Positions 27,678-36,051 of a stretch of 64,000 nucleotides of DNA are shown in pieces. Below the pieces are notes generated by a model. The model did no database searches. It was given only the letters and a program-made list of their open reading frames with translations, and was not told the origin of the DNA. How positions within the stretch are numbered: the stretch's first letter is position 1; each line of letters begins with the position of its first letter. The DNA comes from a virus. The position numbers and the translations under genes are program-made. The DNA lies in the IMG/VR virus record IMGVR_UViG_3300027741_000022, positions 123,645-187,644 of that record; one strand, written 5' to 3'.

Positions 27678-29135
27678 ATGCAAATTAAGGATGATAGCGG
27701 GAAAGTTATTGCCAACATTGATCTTCAAGATGGCATCTCAATTCAAGAGCTTGTAAAAAGTCTTTCAAGCAAGAAGGGCTACAAGTCTGTTAATACATTG
27801 GTTTCTATCGAGGAAAGCTCTGATAAGAAGCAGATTGTTTTCAAGTTTAAGGATGGATCGATTTTTTATGATCTGCCCAGCAAGACTTTTGTTCGTGAGA
27901 ATGGAGTCAAGATTGGCGAACATTCTTTCAGGAACATCAAGCTTGAAATTAAGAACAAAGTAGCAAATGTAAACTTCAGGGATAACGACAATTTTTGGCT
28001 TTGTTTAGTTGAAAAGACTGATGTTGTTTGGATCAAGGTTTTCTTCAAGATGCTTGATATTTGGGCAAACAACAAGGCTACTGAAAATTGGATGAGTGCC
28101 AGAGACAGGAGCTTTAGAAACAAAGTTCAACGAATGATGGATGATAAAAAGTTTTTTGATTCTGTCGAAAGTTTTGCCAAGATTCCGCAGATTCAACAGC
28201 TTGATGATGCTGGCTTGAAAGGTTTCTATTTGGGCGTGCATAAAATCAGCGATAAAATCAACAAAGAAACTAAGGAAAAGGGTTTGATCAACAGAATTTG
28301 CATTAATGTTGGCAAGTCCAAAATGGATAATTGGTTTATGTTGAACATTGGCAAAGAAGTTTCTGATGTTTATGTAAATGATCGTTATCTTTCAAATTAT
28401 ATTGGAGACTACATCAAGTGTGGTGATAATAATATCAAAGATCTTTTTCAATATGTTTTTGAAACTTATCGTGGCGTAATTACTTTTTATCAGATTGAAA
28501 AGATTAAGGATTTGATTAAATTTGGTTATGAGCCAAAGAGGCTTATGGACTATCTTTACCGTGATATTTACAACCAGGGTGAAGAACTTGAGCTTGAATC
28601 AACTTGGGGCAACTGTGGTGCTTTGGGTGATTTTTACGATTATGTAAAAATGAACCGAGAAATGAAGCGCGATTTTGAAAAATATCCTCGTTATCTTGCC
28701 ACAATGCACAATATCACGCTCAAGAATTACGAGCTTGCGGAAGATAAGATTGTTGAAGAAAAGTTTGCTGAACGGGTTAAAAATCTCAAATCTATGAAGC
28801 TCGAATATATTGGCGATGATCATTGTGTTATTTTGCCAAAAAATTCAAAGGATTTGATTAACGAAGGTCAAAGTCTTAGTCATTGTGTTGCCAGCTATTA
28901 TAAGCGTATGGCTAGTGGCGAAACCAACATTGTTTTTCTGAGAAAGAAAAATAATATCAAAGAAAGCCTTGTGACCATCGAAGTTAATATTGACGAAAAT
29001 TCAAATCATAGTATAGTTCAAGCCAAGGGCAAGAACAACTCTGCTCCTCAGAAGGCTGAATATGATTTTATCAAAAAGTATTTGGATCATTTGAATAAGG
29101 AAGTTCAAAATGTCGATTTGTCCAACAACTGCTAA
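27678..29135 (+). CDS. PcfJ-domain protein
   Basis: C-terminal LP.N..DL..EG..L.HCVASY......G...IVFLR......LVTIEV......Q.KG.NN is the PcfJ-like signature. Confidence 0.8.
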   Translation: MQIKDDSGKVIANIDLQDGISIQELVKSLSSKKGYKSVNTLVSIEESSDKKQIVFKFKDGSIFYDLPSKTFVRENGVKIGEHSFRNIKLEIKNKVANVNFRDNDNFWLCLVEKTDVVWIKVFFKMLDIWANNKATENWMSARDRSFRNKVQRMMDDKKFFDSVESFAKIPQIQQLDDAGLKGFYLGVHKISDKINKETKEKGLINRICINVGKSKMDNWFMLNIGKEVSDVYVNDRYLSNYIGDYIKCGDNNIKDLFQYVFETYRGVITFYQIEKIKDLIKFGYEPKRLMDYLYRDIYNQGEELELESTWGNCGALGDFYDYVKMNREMKRDFEKYPRYLATMHNITLKNYELAEDKIVEEKFAERVKNLKSMKLEYIGDDHCVILPKNSKDLINEGQSLSHCVASYYKRMASGETNIVFLRKKNNIKESLVTIEVNIDENSNHSIVQAKGKNNSAPQKAEYDFIKKYLDHLNKEVQNVDLSNNC

Positions 29136-29304
29136 GACTCAATACGCAACAGAAAAAGATGCCTTAGCAGGGCTTGATCGTATGCTCAAGATTCGTCCTG
29201 AGTATGATGGAGAGCCATATTACTGCATGTATTGTAATAGTTATCACTTTGGCAAAAAGCAAGACAAACCTGCTAAAAAAGCTCGGAAAAGAACAGGTGC
29301 TTGA
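29110..29304 (+). CDS. small Zn-finger protein
   Basis: C...K..Y.TE..A.....PY.C.YC..YH. Confidence 0.7.
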   Translation: MSICPTTAKTQYATEKDALAGLDRMLKIRPEYDGEPYYCMYCNSYHFGKKQDKPAKKARKRTGA

Positions 29305-29427
29305 GTTTTAGAAAAAAATTAAAAATCGAGCTTATTAATGTAAACAATAGAGCAAATAGTAGCTGGACAAGAATTTTATTTTCTGTTATACTTCGCCTCG
29401 CCAATTACGGCTTACAGGGGAGGGAAA

Positions 29428-29625
29428 ATGGAAAAGATATTTATTGTTCTGGGTACAGAGAATGGAATTGCGACTGTAAAACATAAGTGTTGGTTTTGTA
29501 AAAGAAAACACACGCTTCGTTATCCCTTAGATGATGTTGGAATGGAAACCAAAGTTAAACAACTTTGCAAAAAATGTGACAGTGAGTTAGAAAAATTTAA
29601 GAAGAATAATCCAGAACTTTGTTGA
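29428..29625 (+). CDS. small Zn-finger-like protein
   Basis: CWFC...CKKC. Confidence 0.6.
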   Translation: MEKIFIVLGTENGIATVKHKCWFCKRKHTLRYPLDDVGMETKVKQLCKKCDSELEKFKKNNPELC

Positions 29626-29638
29626 AAGGATTCATGTC

Positions 29639-29830
29639 ATGGAAGACAGAGTTGAATATAAAATAAGTTTGCCCAAGGAAGGTGAGCAAAAAAGTTTCAA
29701 GATAATAACTTCTGACGATGACTTCAAAGGTTCTGTTTATGTAACTGGCGATTCTATTTACATAAATTTTGTTGGACTAACTTTGGTTCCAACTGCTGAA
29801 AAACGTAGATTCAAGGAAGTAAACTACTGA
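29639..29830 (+). CDS. hypothetical protein
   Basis: Packed ORF. Confidence 0.65.
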   Translation: MEDRVEYKISLPKEGEQKSFKIITSDDDFKGSVYVTGDSIYINFVGLTLVPTAEKRRFKEVNY

Positions 29831-30090
29831 TGTTGCTAAAAATCAATGGAAAGATTGCTGCTAAGACTTTAAAGGGAATGAACAACAAGTATATTGTTTG
29901 TGTAAATAGCAGCTTCTTTGAAAACGCTCCTAAGTTTTTCAAATTCGATTACGATTGCTACGGGCAGCTTACAGATGTTGTTGAAACTGGGCTTATCGAA
30001 GGGCTTAAAGTGGAAAGAATAGTCCTAGACTGGCTAAAAGAAGAACAAAAAAGAATTGTGAGCGGCAAACTTGTTCTTCAAGGGACTTAA
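29830..30090 (+). CDS. hypothetical protein
   Basis: TGATG overlap. Confidence 0.65.
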   Translation: MLLKINGKIAAKTLKGMNNKYIVCVNSSFFENAPKFFKFDYDCYGQLTDVVETGLIEGLKVERIVLDWLKEEQKRIVSGKLVLQGT

Positions 30091-30265
30091 TGATGTGGGT
30101 GGTTATTATCGTTTGCGTTCTTTATTCATACTTTTTGATGACTTGCGACCAAATTAGGGACAATCTTTTGCAAAAAGTGGCGGAAAATCCCGACGTTTTA
30201 AGTGAAAAGAACCAAAAATCCCACGGATTTTCACCAATATTTTTTTAATATTCTCTTTTACAGAT

Positions 30266-30287
30266 ACAGGTTTCTTTCTGGTACGCT
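30266..30287 (+). promoter_or_regulatory. GGTACGCT early promoter-like element
   Basis: caggtttctttctGGTACGCT, followed by a GGGC-AGGAAAA-GCCC hairpin. Confidence 0.65.
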
Positions 30288-30352
30288 AATGTTGTGGGCA
30301 GGAAAAGCCCGTTTGATGGATAGATAAGCATACCCATTTTGGAGGATGATAT

Positions 30353-30514
30353 ATGGTCGGATACAACAAGTTGGTAGCTATTATCATGCAGAACTATCGT
30401 GACAATGGCAAGACTATCAGTATGTCTGAGGCTCGTAAGCTCGCTGATAAGGTAGGCAAGAAGGTTGATCTTAACAATGACGATCAGATTCTTATTGCCG
30501 CTAAGAAGGCTTAA
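30353..30514 (+). CDS. 53-aa basic early protein, not in ORF track
   Basis: GGAGG SD; MVGYNKLVAIIMQNYRDNGKTISMSEARKLADKVGKK... Confidence 0.75.
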   Translation: MVGYNKLVAIIMQNYRDNGKTISMSEARKLADKVGKKVDLNNDDQILIAAKKA

Positions 30515-30520
30515 TCCTCC

Positions 30521-30781
30521 ATGTCAACAGAACTACTATCATCTTTTGATGATGCTCTCAATCAGTATAAAACTGCTTTGAGCAATCACGATTGGTACTA
30601 TAGCTGGTCTGATGATAACATTGTTTATGTTGCCGGGAGAAACAACCTTAGTCGTCTGCATAAACTTGCAGAAGAAAATGGAATTGCTTTTAAAATTGCG
30701 TATAACGAAGAACACGCAAAGCATTTTAATAACGAAACCTTTAATGGTGATCGTGATTATGTTTCTCCTTTTGAAGTTTAA
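30521..30781 (+). CDS. hypothetical protein with LLxSF N-terminus
   Basis: MSTELLSSFDD; L.NHDWYY.WSDD. Confidence 0.75.
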   Translation: MSTELLSSFDDALNQYKTALSNHDWYYSWSDDNIVYVAGRNNLSRLHKLAEENGIAFKIAYNEEHAKHFNNETFNGDRDYVSPFEV

Positions 30782-30786
30782 TTGAT

Positions 30787-30915
30787 CCACCCGCAAGGGG
30801 CGACAAAACTCAATACAAATCGCCCGTCAGCAAAACAACCCTCACGCTGAAAACCGGATAATCCCCCTTATTCGGGCGGCACATATCTTATATTCTTAGG
30901 ATATGTGCCGTTTTT
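30787..30915 (+). ncRNA. candidate structured small RNA ending in an intrinsic terminator
   Basis: Four GC hairpins with A/C-rich loops in a non-coding gap, then CGGCACATATC/GATATGTGCCG + TTTTT. Confidence 0.45.
30877..30915 (+). terminator. intrinsic terminator
   Basis: 11-bp perfect stem followed by a T-tract. Confidence 0.8.
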
Positions 30916-30930
30916 ATTTAACATATAAAA

Positions 30931-31167
30931 ATGAAATACGGAAATTGTTTGATTGGTGCCTTGGTTTTACTTTATATTGAACGGCACAATAATCCAAAAT
31001 TTATTGTTCGTTCAAGACCACAAACATTTGTTCCTCATTTTATGGTGTGGTCAAATACTGGTTTGCATCACTACAAAACAAAAAAAGACTTATTGCCCTT
31101 TCCTTTTTGTTACTTTATTTTTAACGGCGAGTTTAAAACAACCAATAGAAAATTGAATAAAGTATGA
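30931..31167 (+). CDS. hypothetical protein
   Basis: MKYGNCLIGAL...PHF.V. Confidence 0.6.
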   Translation: MKYGNCLIGALVLLYIERHNNPKFIVRSRPQTFVPHFMVWSNTGLHHYKTKKDLLPFPFCYFIFNGEFKTTNRKLNKV

Positions 31168-31170
31168 CAG

Positions 31171-31187
31171 ACTGTTCGTGGTACGCT
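31171..31187 (+). promoter_or_regulatory. GGTACGCT element, actgttcgtGGTACGCT subtype
   Basis: Upstream of HTH gene 1. Confidence 0.65.
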
Positions 31188-31231
31188 CTCAGGGTGTTGG
31201 GACACAATTCTTTCACAGAGAGGTTTTAGAT

Positions 31232-31654
31232 ATGTTTTTCGATATTTACCGCGATCATTTGGACTACGATAAGCCGGTTGATTCTACTCGCAGCTACAAC
31301 GAGCGTAATTTCTACGCCCCCAAAAAGCGTGTGAGCAAGCTGCATATCCGCCACAAGAAGTTCGTTGATACCATTAAGGACGTTTTTGCTCGTGGCGGCA
31401 ATTATGCCGACGTTGCAAACGAGTTGATGATTACGCCAAGTGCGGTGTATAGTAGGGTTAAGAAACTCAAGGCGGCTGGTGATACAAGCCTTCCTGCAAT
31501 TAGCGTTAGGAGTCGTGATACTGCTGATGAGGCGGTTTCGATTCTTGGTGAGCTGGGGCTTGAGGTTGATTATGCTCCGGTTGATATGCCTGAAATGAAC
31601 GCAAGTGTTGTTGGTGAAGCTAACGACATTCTTAAAGAACTTGGTTTGGGTTAA
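31232..31654 (+). CDS. HTH DNA-binding protein, paralog 1
   Basis: GGNYADVANELMITPSAVYSRVKKLK.AG; C-terminal ADEA..IL.EL. Confidence 0.75.
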   Translation: MFFDIYRDHLDYDKPVDSTRSYNERNFYAPKKRVSKLHIRHKKFVDTIKDVFARGGNYADVANELMITPSAVYSRVKKLKAAGDTSLPAISVRSRDTADEAVSILGELGLEVDYAPVDMPEMNASVVGEANDILKELGLG

Positions 31655-31657
31655 GTT

Positions 31658-31698
31658 TTTACTCCCCGCCCATTTAATCGTAATGGGCGGGGAGTAAA
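31658..31698. terminator. long GC hairpin terminator
   Basis: TTTACTCCCCGCCCATT/AATGGGCGGGGAGTAAA, 17-bp inverted repeat. Confidence 0.8.
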
Positions 31699-31709
31699 TC
31701 TTCTTCTTT

Positions 31710-32087
31710 ATGTATACAGTTATTGTTATCAAAGACGATAAAAACGAACTCGAATTTGGTAAACAATTTTGTGTTGAAGTTGAAGTTGAAGTAGACTATT
31801 CGTTCCCAAGTTATGACGAATGGGAGTCTAATTCTGATTTAATAATCAATGAAACCCTGGTGAACTATCTTTTTTTGACTCCATTAAATCCAAACAAAAA
31901 ACTTCTTCAAAGTTTTGAAAACAATGAAGAAGATATTTGGGAAAATCTTGAAAAGGAAAAACAAGAAAAGATTTATTCTTGGGTCGCAGAGAAGATTAAG
32001 ACCAAAGAAATTAAAGATGAACTTATCGAAGATGCCGTTGACGAATATGTAAATTATCAAGAAAGAAAAGCAGAGGGAGAATACTAA
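31710..32087 (+). CDS. acidic hypothetical protein, paralog a
   Basis: F.VEVEVEVDY; NKKLLQSFE; L..EKQEKI..WV. Confidence 0.75.
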   Translation: MYTVIVIKDDKNELEFGKQFCVEVEVEVDYSFPSYDEWESNSDLIINETLVNYLFLTPLNPNKKLLQSFENNEEDIWENLEKEKQEKIYSWVAEKIKTKEIKDELIEDAVDEYVNYQERKAEGEY

Positions 32088-32512
32088 TGGCTCAGATTAG
32101 TCTTATTGATGAGAATGGCGATTTGGGGTTTGGCGAAGAATTTAATGTTGAATTTGAAGTAGAGGTTGAGTATACGGTTGAACCCTATATTCCCGAAAGT
32201 TATTATGGCCCAGCAGAAGGTGGTAATTTAGAAATCAATGGATATGATTTTAAAATGAAAATCACCCCTGCTGATAATTCGGACAAGAATAAAATGCTTG
32301 AATCTTTTTTCAATTATGATACTCTGAACGAGGAAAAGAAAAAAGAAATTAATGACTGGATTTCAAATAAACTGGCTGGCGATTGGGTGAGAGACAAGTT
32401 GATTGACCATGCTGAAAGTATGGCTCAGGATTATGATGACTCAGAACGGGATGATTATGATGAAGGTGGTAGTTGCCATATTTATGAAAATGATGGAGAT
32501 GATTACCTATGA
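32087..32512 (+). CDS. acidic hypothetical protein, paralog b
   Basis: FNVEFEVEVEY; EGG; NKMLESFF; EEKKKEINDWI. Confidence 0.8.
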   Translation: MAQISLIDENGDLGFGEEFNVEFEVEVEYTVEPYIPESYYGPAEGGNLEINGYDFKMKITPADNSDKNKMLESFFNYDTLNEEKKKEINDWISNKLAGDWVRDKLIDHAESMAQDYDDSERDDYDEGGSCHIYENDGDDYL

Positions 32513-32877
32513 GCGAAGTTATTATTGAAAGCGATGAAGGTGCATTGTTTGGTGATCTTACTGCAAGTTTTATTTGCGATGTAGATTACACCTATGTTCC
32601 TTATGAGCCGGAAACTGAATACTCCCCAGAAGAAGGTGGTTATACTCAAGTTGATGGTTTTACTTTTAAAATGACTGTTGAAAGTGAAAATGAAAAAAAT
32701 AATTTGCTTGGAAGTTTTATTCGATTTGAAGATTTGAGTGAAGAAAAGCAAAAAGAAATCACTCAATGGGTTTCTAAATATCTTGAGTCTTATTTTGAAA
32801 GTGAAGATAAAAGAGACTATTGCCAAGACTATGACGATAGTGAAAGATATTCAGAAAGATATTATGATGACTATTGA
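32509..32877 (+). CDS. acidic hypothetical protein, paralog c
   Basis: YSPEEGG; NNLLGSF; EEKQKEITQWV. Confidence 0.8.
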   Translation: MSEVIIESDEGALFGDLTASFICDVDYTYVPYEPETEYSPEEGGYTQVDGFTFKMTVESENEKNNLLGSFIRFEDLSEEKQKEITQWVSKYLESYFESEDKRDYCQDYDDSERYSERYYDDY

Positions 32878-33043
32878 TTTCAAGGAATTTGCAAGACAGG
32901 TTAAACTTTACTATATGTTGGAGTATGATATTGCTCCAATGTGGAGTAATAAAACGGTTAAAGATTTTGTCTTGAATTCTTTTAAAATGGACGAAACTGT
33001 TCAGGCTTGTTGCGGTACTTTGTATAATACTATTATTCACTAA
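32867..33043 (+). CDS. hypothetical protein
   Basis: Start moved to MTIDFKEF. Confidence 0.6.
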   Translation: MTIDFKEFARQVKLYYMLEYDIAPMWSNKTVKDFVLNSFKMDETVQACCGTLYNTIIH

Positions 33044-33052
33044 GGAGAAGAT

Positions 33053-33367
33053 ATGACCACTGTTAAGGAACTTCGTCAGAGCGGATATAAGGTTAGGGTT
33101 TTGCACCATAGGAATTACAAGACTTACAGGGTTGCAAACAATCCAAATCAATTTGTTCAAAGGGGTATTCATAACCTTGGTGGACGAACTGAAGTCATTA
33201 TTGACAGCCCAACCGGGGAGCATTACGAAGGTGTTGCAATTTGTTCTAAGACTGACAATTATAACAAAAAACTTGGAGTAAAAATTGCACTTGGACGGGC
33301 ATTGTTTGGAAAAAATAACGAACTTTGTTGCGAGTATATTGAAAAAGGTTTCCTTGCGGTACGCTAG
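33053..33367 (+). CDS. phage dsRBD-fold-like protein
   Basis: GGRT.V......G.A.CS..DNYNKKLG.KIALGRA. Confidence 0.55.
   Translation: MTTVKELRQSGYKVRVLHHRNYKTYRVANNPNQFVQRGIHNLGGRTEVIIDSPTGEHYEGVAICSKTDNYNKKLGVKIALGRALFGKNNELCCEYIEKGFLAVR
33345..33365 (+). promoter_or_regulatory. GGTACGCT element overlapping an upstream stop
   Basis: aaggtttccttgcGGTACGCT then hairpin GGGCAAAAC/TTTTGCCC. Confidence 0.65.
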
Positions 33368-33441
33368 TATTTTGTGCGACGGGCAAAACAGTTTTGCCCG
33401 GCACAATAATTTGGTTGGTTTTTATAAATGAGGTTGTAATT

Positions 33442-33690
33442 ATGGCTGGTCGTTATCAGGGTCAGGTCGCGGTTCCGCTCAAGACGTTTATTACGGTTTG
33501 TGTCAATACGATTAAGGCTGGCGGCACTGTTAGTGCTGCTGCTACCGAGCTTAATCTGACTCCCGCCGCTGTTTCGGCTCGTATCAAGAGCCTGCGTGAG
33601 AAGGGTGTCAATTTTCCTTCTTTTGCTTCTGCCCGCAGCGGTAATGTCGCTGATGAAGCCAATGCGATTCTTGATGAGCTGATGGGTTGA
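33442..33690 (+). CDS. HTH DNA-binding protein, paralog 2
   Basis: GGTVSAAATELNLTPAAVSARIKSLREKG; ADEANAILDEL. Confidence 0.8.
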   Translation: MAGRYQGQVAVPLKTFITVCVNTIKAGGTVSAAATELNLTPAAVSARIKSLREKGVNFPSFASARSGNVADEANAILDELMG

Positions 33691-33698
33691 TTTTAAGG

Positions 33699-33740
33699 GC
33701 AGGGGGAGCGTAAAAAACTCCCCCTGCTCACTATTTTTTT
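33699..33740 (+). terminator. intrinsic terminator
   Basis: GCAGGGGGAG/CTCCCCCTGC stem then T-tract. Confidence 0.75.
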
Positions 33741-33772
33741 GTTATGAACTAATTTTCATTAAGGAGTTTGTT

Positions 33773-34042
33773 ATGTCCACCGTACAAAAAACTGTCAAGT
33801 CTATACTTGAGTATTTTGCCAGCAAGCCTCATCACACTCAAAATGATTTTGAGCGCATGGCTATTTTTAATGATAATTTCATGCACGAAAAGATTAAAGA
33901 ATTGCGTGAGGCTTCTGAAAGGTTTAACGCTACTGGCGAGTATTCTGAATATCTTGCTATTGCTCGTAATTTTGAAGATGCAACCAAGTATATGAACGCC
34001 AGGGATTCTTATATTACTCACAATCCTGACAGGAATTATTGA
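33773..34042 (+). CDS. hypothetical protein
   Basis: AAGGAG upstream. Confidence 0.8.
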   Translation: MSTVQKTVKSILEYFASKPHHTQNDFERMAIFNDNFMHEKIKELREASERFNATGEYSEYLAIARNFEDATKYMNARDSYITHNPDRNY

Positions 34043-34338
34043 TTGTGGACTCAATCAAACTTCTTCGTGAATTGGAAGATAGCATCAAGGCTAAGGACAA
34101 GCGAATCAGCGATTTGTGTGAGCGTGTTCATTCTTTGATTAAGGTTGTTGCAACGGTTCGTCAAGGTCTTGAAAGGGGAGTTAAAACCCCAGCCTTGCTT
34201 AACAAGGCTGTATATGATAGCGTTGATTTGTGCCGAGCTAGTTATGCTTACATGGATTATTCATCGGGTCTTAACAAAATTGATCCGCCTTTGACTGAGG
34301 CTGAAAAGACTTTGCCTGAATTTAAAAAGGAAGTTTAA
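34039..34338 (+). CDS. coiled-coil hypothetical protein
   Basis: Overlapping start/stop. Confidence 0.7.
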   Translation: MIVDSIKLLRELEDSIKAKDKRISDLCERVHSLIKVVATVRQGLERGVKTPALLNKAVYDSVDLCRASYAYMDYSSGLNKIDPPLTEAEKTLPEFKKEV

Positions 34339-34581
34339 ATGAAAATTTGCAAAGATTGTGGCATGGTTATCAAGAGTAATTTTGAGCTTTGTGCTATTTG
34401 TCACCAAGATAGACACGACAAAAGAATTGCAAGTATTAAAGTCAATAGCGTTGATTTTAACGTTATTCAAGATGCACTTGACTTTGCAATGAACCACCAT
34501 CCTAATCAGGATGTTAAAGAGTTTGAGCGTGTTTGGAAAATTTGGCTTAACAACTATAATTGTTTCGAGGAAGTTGCATGA
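34339..34581 (+). CDS. Zn-finger-like hypothetical protein
   Basis: CKDC...CAIC. Confidence 0.7.
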   Translation: MKICKDCGMVIKSNFELCAICHQDRHDKRIASIKVNSVDFNVIQDALDFAMNHHPNQDVKEFERVWKIWLNNYNCFEEVA

Positions 34582-34706
34582 AAAATATAACAAAAATTAA
34601 AGAGCTTATTGAAATTAGAGAACGGCTAAAAGAAATTGCAAGAACAGTTGAATACTTAGCCGGATCTATTGAAGTGGTTGCTAAAGAAATTTATGACGAT
34701 CAACAA

Positions 34707-34723
34707 CCTGTTCGTGGTACGCT
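34707..34723 (+). promoter_or_regulatory. GGTACGCT element, cctgttcgtGGTACGCT subtype
   Basis: Upstream of HTH gene 3. Confidence 0.65.
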
Positions 34724-34744
34724 AGTTGGTAGAGAGGGAAACCA

Positions 34745-35092
34745 ATGACTACAGACACAATGATTGACAATTCAAACGATTTAATGGACGCTTCAATTGA
34801 AAACAAGGACGATGAAATGTTTGATTTTCTCGGTGCAATTTTTGGTCTTGGCGATGAGCCAAAGAGTAAGGGTGTTCGCATCCCGCTTCAAGTTTTCTTG
34901 AAGTCGTATGTTGATGTTGCTCGTAAGGGCGGCAATAGCGTTGATGTTGCGAATGATTTGGGCATTAGCCCCCAAGCTGTTCGTCAGCGTGCTGGTAAGC
35001 TGATTCGTCAGGGTGTTAAGCTGCCTAAATTAGGTAATATCTGCCGTAGTGATTTGGTGGCAGAAGCAAATAAAATCGTTGAAACTCTTTGA
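34745..35092 (+). CDS. HTH DNA-binding protein, paralog 3
   Basis: GGNSVDVANDLGISPQAVRQRAGKLIRQGV.LP; AEANKIVE. Confidence 0.75.
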   Translation: MTTDTMIDNSNDLMDASIENKDDEMFDFLGAIFGLGDEPKSKGVRIPLQVFLKSYVDVARKGGNSVDVANDLGISPQAVRQRAGKLIRQGVKLPKLGNICRSDLVAEANKIVETL

Positions 35093-35103
35093 GTTTTATT
35101 TAT

Positions 35104-35140
35104 AATCCCCAAGTGGTTAATTCCACTCTGGGGATTTTCT
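35104..35140 (+). terminator. intrinsic terminator-like hairpin
   Basis: ATCCCCA(A)GTGG/CCACT(C)TGGGGAT + TTT. Confidence 0.6.
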
Positions 35141-35157
35141 ATTTTAAGAAAAAAATA

Positions 35158-35415
35158 ATGAAAATTTTTAAGGAAGAACTTTTAAAAGTTGTCGGAGACA
35201 TTCTTTGTGATGTTTGCAACAAGTCTTGCAAGCATGAAATGAACTTTGAATCTGCAAGGCTGGCTGTAAATTGGGGCTATGAATCAAAAAACGACGGCGA
35301 TGCCTATTATGTTGATTTGTGCGAAGATTGTTTTGAACGCACACTTCAATACTTAAAAAGCATCGCCGTCGATCCAGAAAGGCTAAAGCCTAGAAACGAT
35401 TTCAGGTCAGAATAG
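35158..35415 (+). CDS. Zn-finger-like hypothetical protein
   Basis: CDVC...WGY.SK.DG....DLCEDCF. Confidence 0.7.
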   Translation: MKIFKEELLKVVGDILCDVCNKSCKHEMNFESARLAVNWGYESKNDGDAYYVDLCEDCFERTLQYLKSIAVDPERLKPRNDFRSE

Positions 35416-35692
35416 CTTTGATAGACTGTGGCTCCATAAGAACCTTGTCTCTTTCACTTGAATCGTAATTTGGTACAGGAACACCGTTACCAGATAGTAA
35501 AACCCTATCGCCTACTTTTAGTCCATAATTTTCGCTAACCAAGGAACCTAAAGCTAAGATAACTGCTTGAAATTCCTTCATTGTCTTTGATTCGTTGCTG
35601 AGGATAAGTTTAGTTCCAAGCATTTCTTGAGCGGTTAAAAGTTCAAGTAGTATTTGGTTTCCAATTGGGGTACACTTAGTCACTGGTTTCAT
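35402..35692 (-). CDS. groES: co-chaperonin GroES (Cpn10) homolog
   Basis: P.GNQILLE.....G.KLIL...K......ILALG.....LKVGDRVL.....LM....I.AIL; 96 aa. Confidence 0.75.
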   Translation of the reverse strand: MKPVTKCTPIGNQILLELLTAQEMLGTKLILSNESKTMKEFQAVILALGSLVSENYGLKVGDRVLLSGNGVPVPNYDSSERDKVLMEPQSIKAILT

Positions 35693-35744
35693 GTTTTTCT
35701 TTCTGTTTTAAAGGTCATTCTAACATAGTTAAAAGGATTTAAAA

Positions 35745-35951
35745 ATGTCAAAGTTCTTTTTCAATATTTTGCTTTGGATTGTTGGTGTTATTGGCGGCGA
35801 AGAAACAACAAGCAAAGAGTTTTCTGACATTCAAGCTAGGGGCAAGTGTCGGCAGATTATTGTGGAAAATAACACTGTTAAGATTAAGTTTCTTAGCAAG
35901 GAAGATGCTGATATTTTTGCCAAAGATCTTAAAAGTTTAATTAATAATTAA
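35745..35951 (+). CDS. hypothetical protein
   Basis: AAGGA upstream; hydrophobic N-terminus. Confidence 0.6.
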   Translation: MSKFFFNILLWIVGVIGGEETTSKEFSDIQARGKCRQIIVENNTVKIKFLSKEDADIFAKDLKSLINN

Positions 35952-35980
35952 CACATAATCTAAAATCAAAACAAACTTTG

Positions 35981-36016
35981 AACCCCACTTAGGCTTGTCT
36001 TAAGTGGGGTTTTTTG
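35981..36016 (+). terminator. intrinsic terminator
   Basis: AACCCCACTTAG/TTAAGTGGGGTT + T-tract. Confidence 0.75.
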
Positions 36017-36045
36017 TTGAATTTTTGCTTAAAATTGTTTATAAT
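36017..36045 (+). promoter_or_regulatory. sigma70-type promoter, probably leaderless
   Basis: TTGAAT-N17-TATAAT; ATG 6 nt later at 36052. Confidence 0.6.
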
Positions 36046-36051
36046 ATGAGA

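Noticed and set aside
157-36000. Numerous - strand ORFs of 60-210 aa in the early region (e.g. 8866-9342, 31226-31732, 32774-33406)
   Set aside because: They overlap well-supported + strand genes, lack SD or promoter context and have shadow-like composition.
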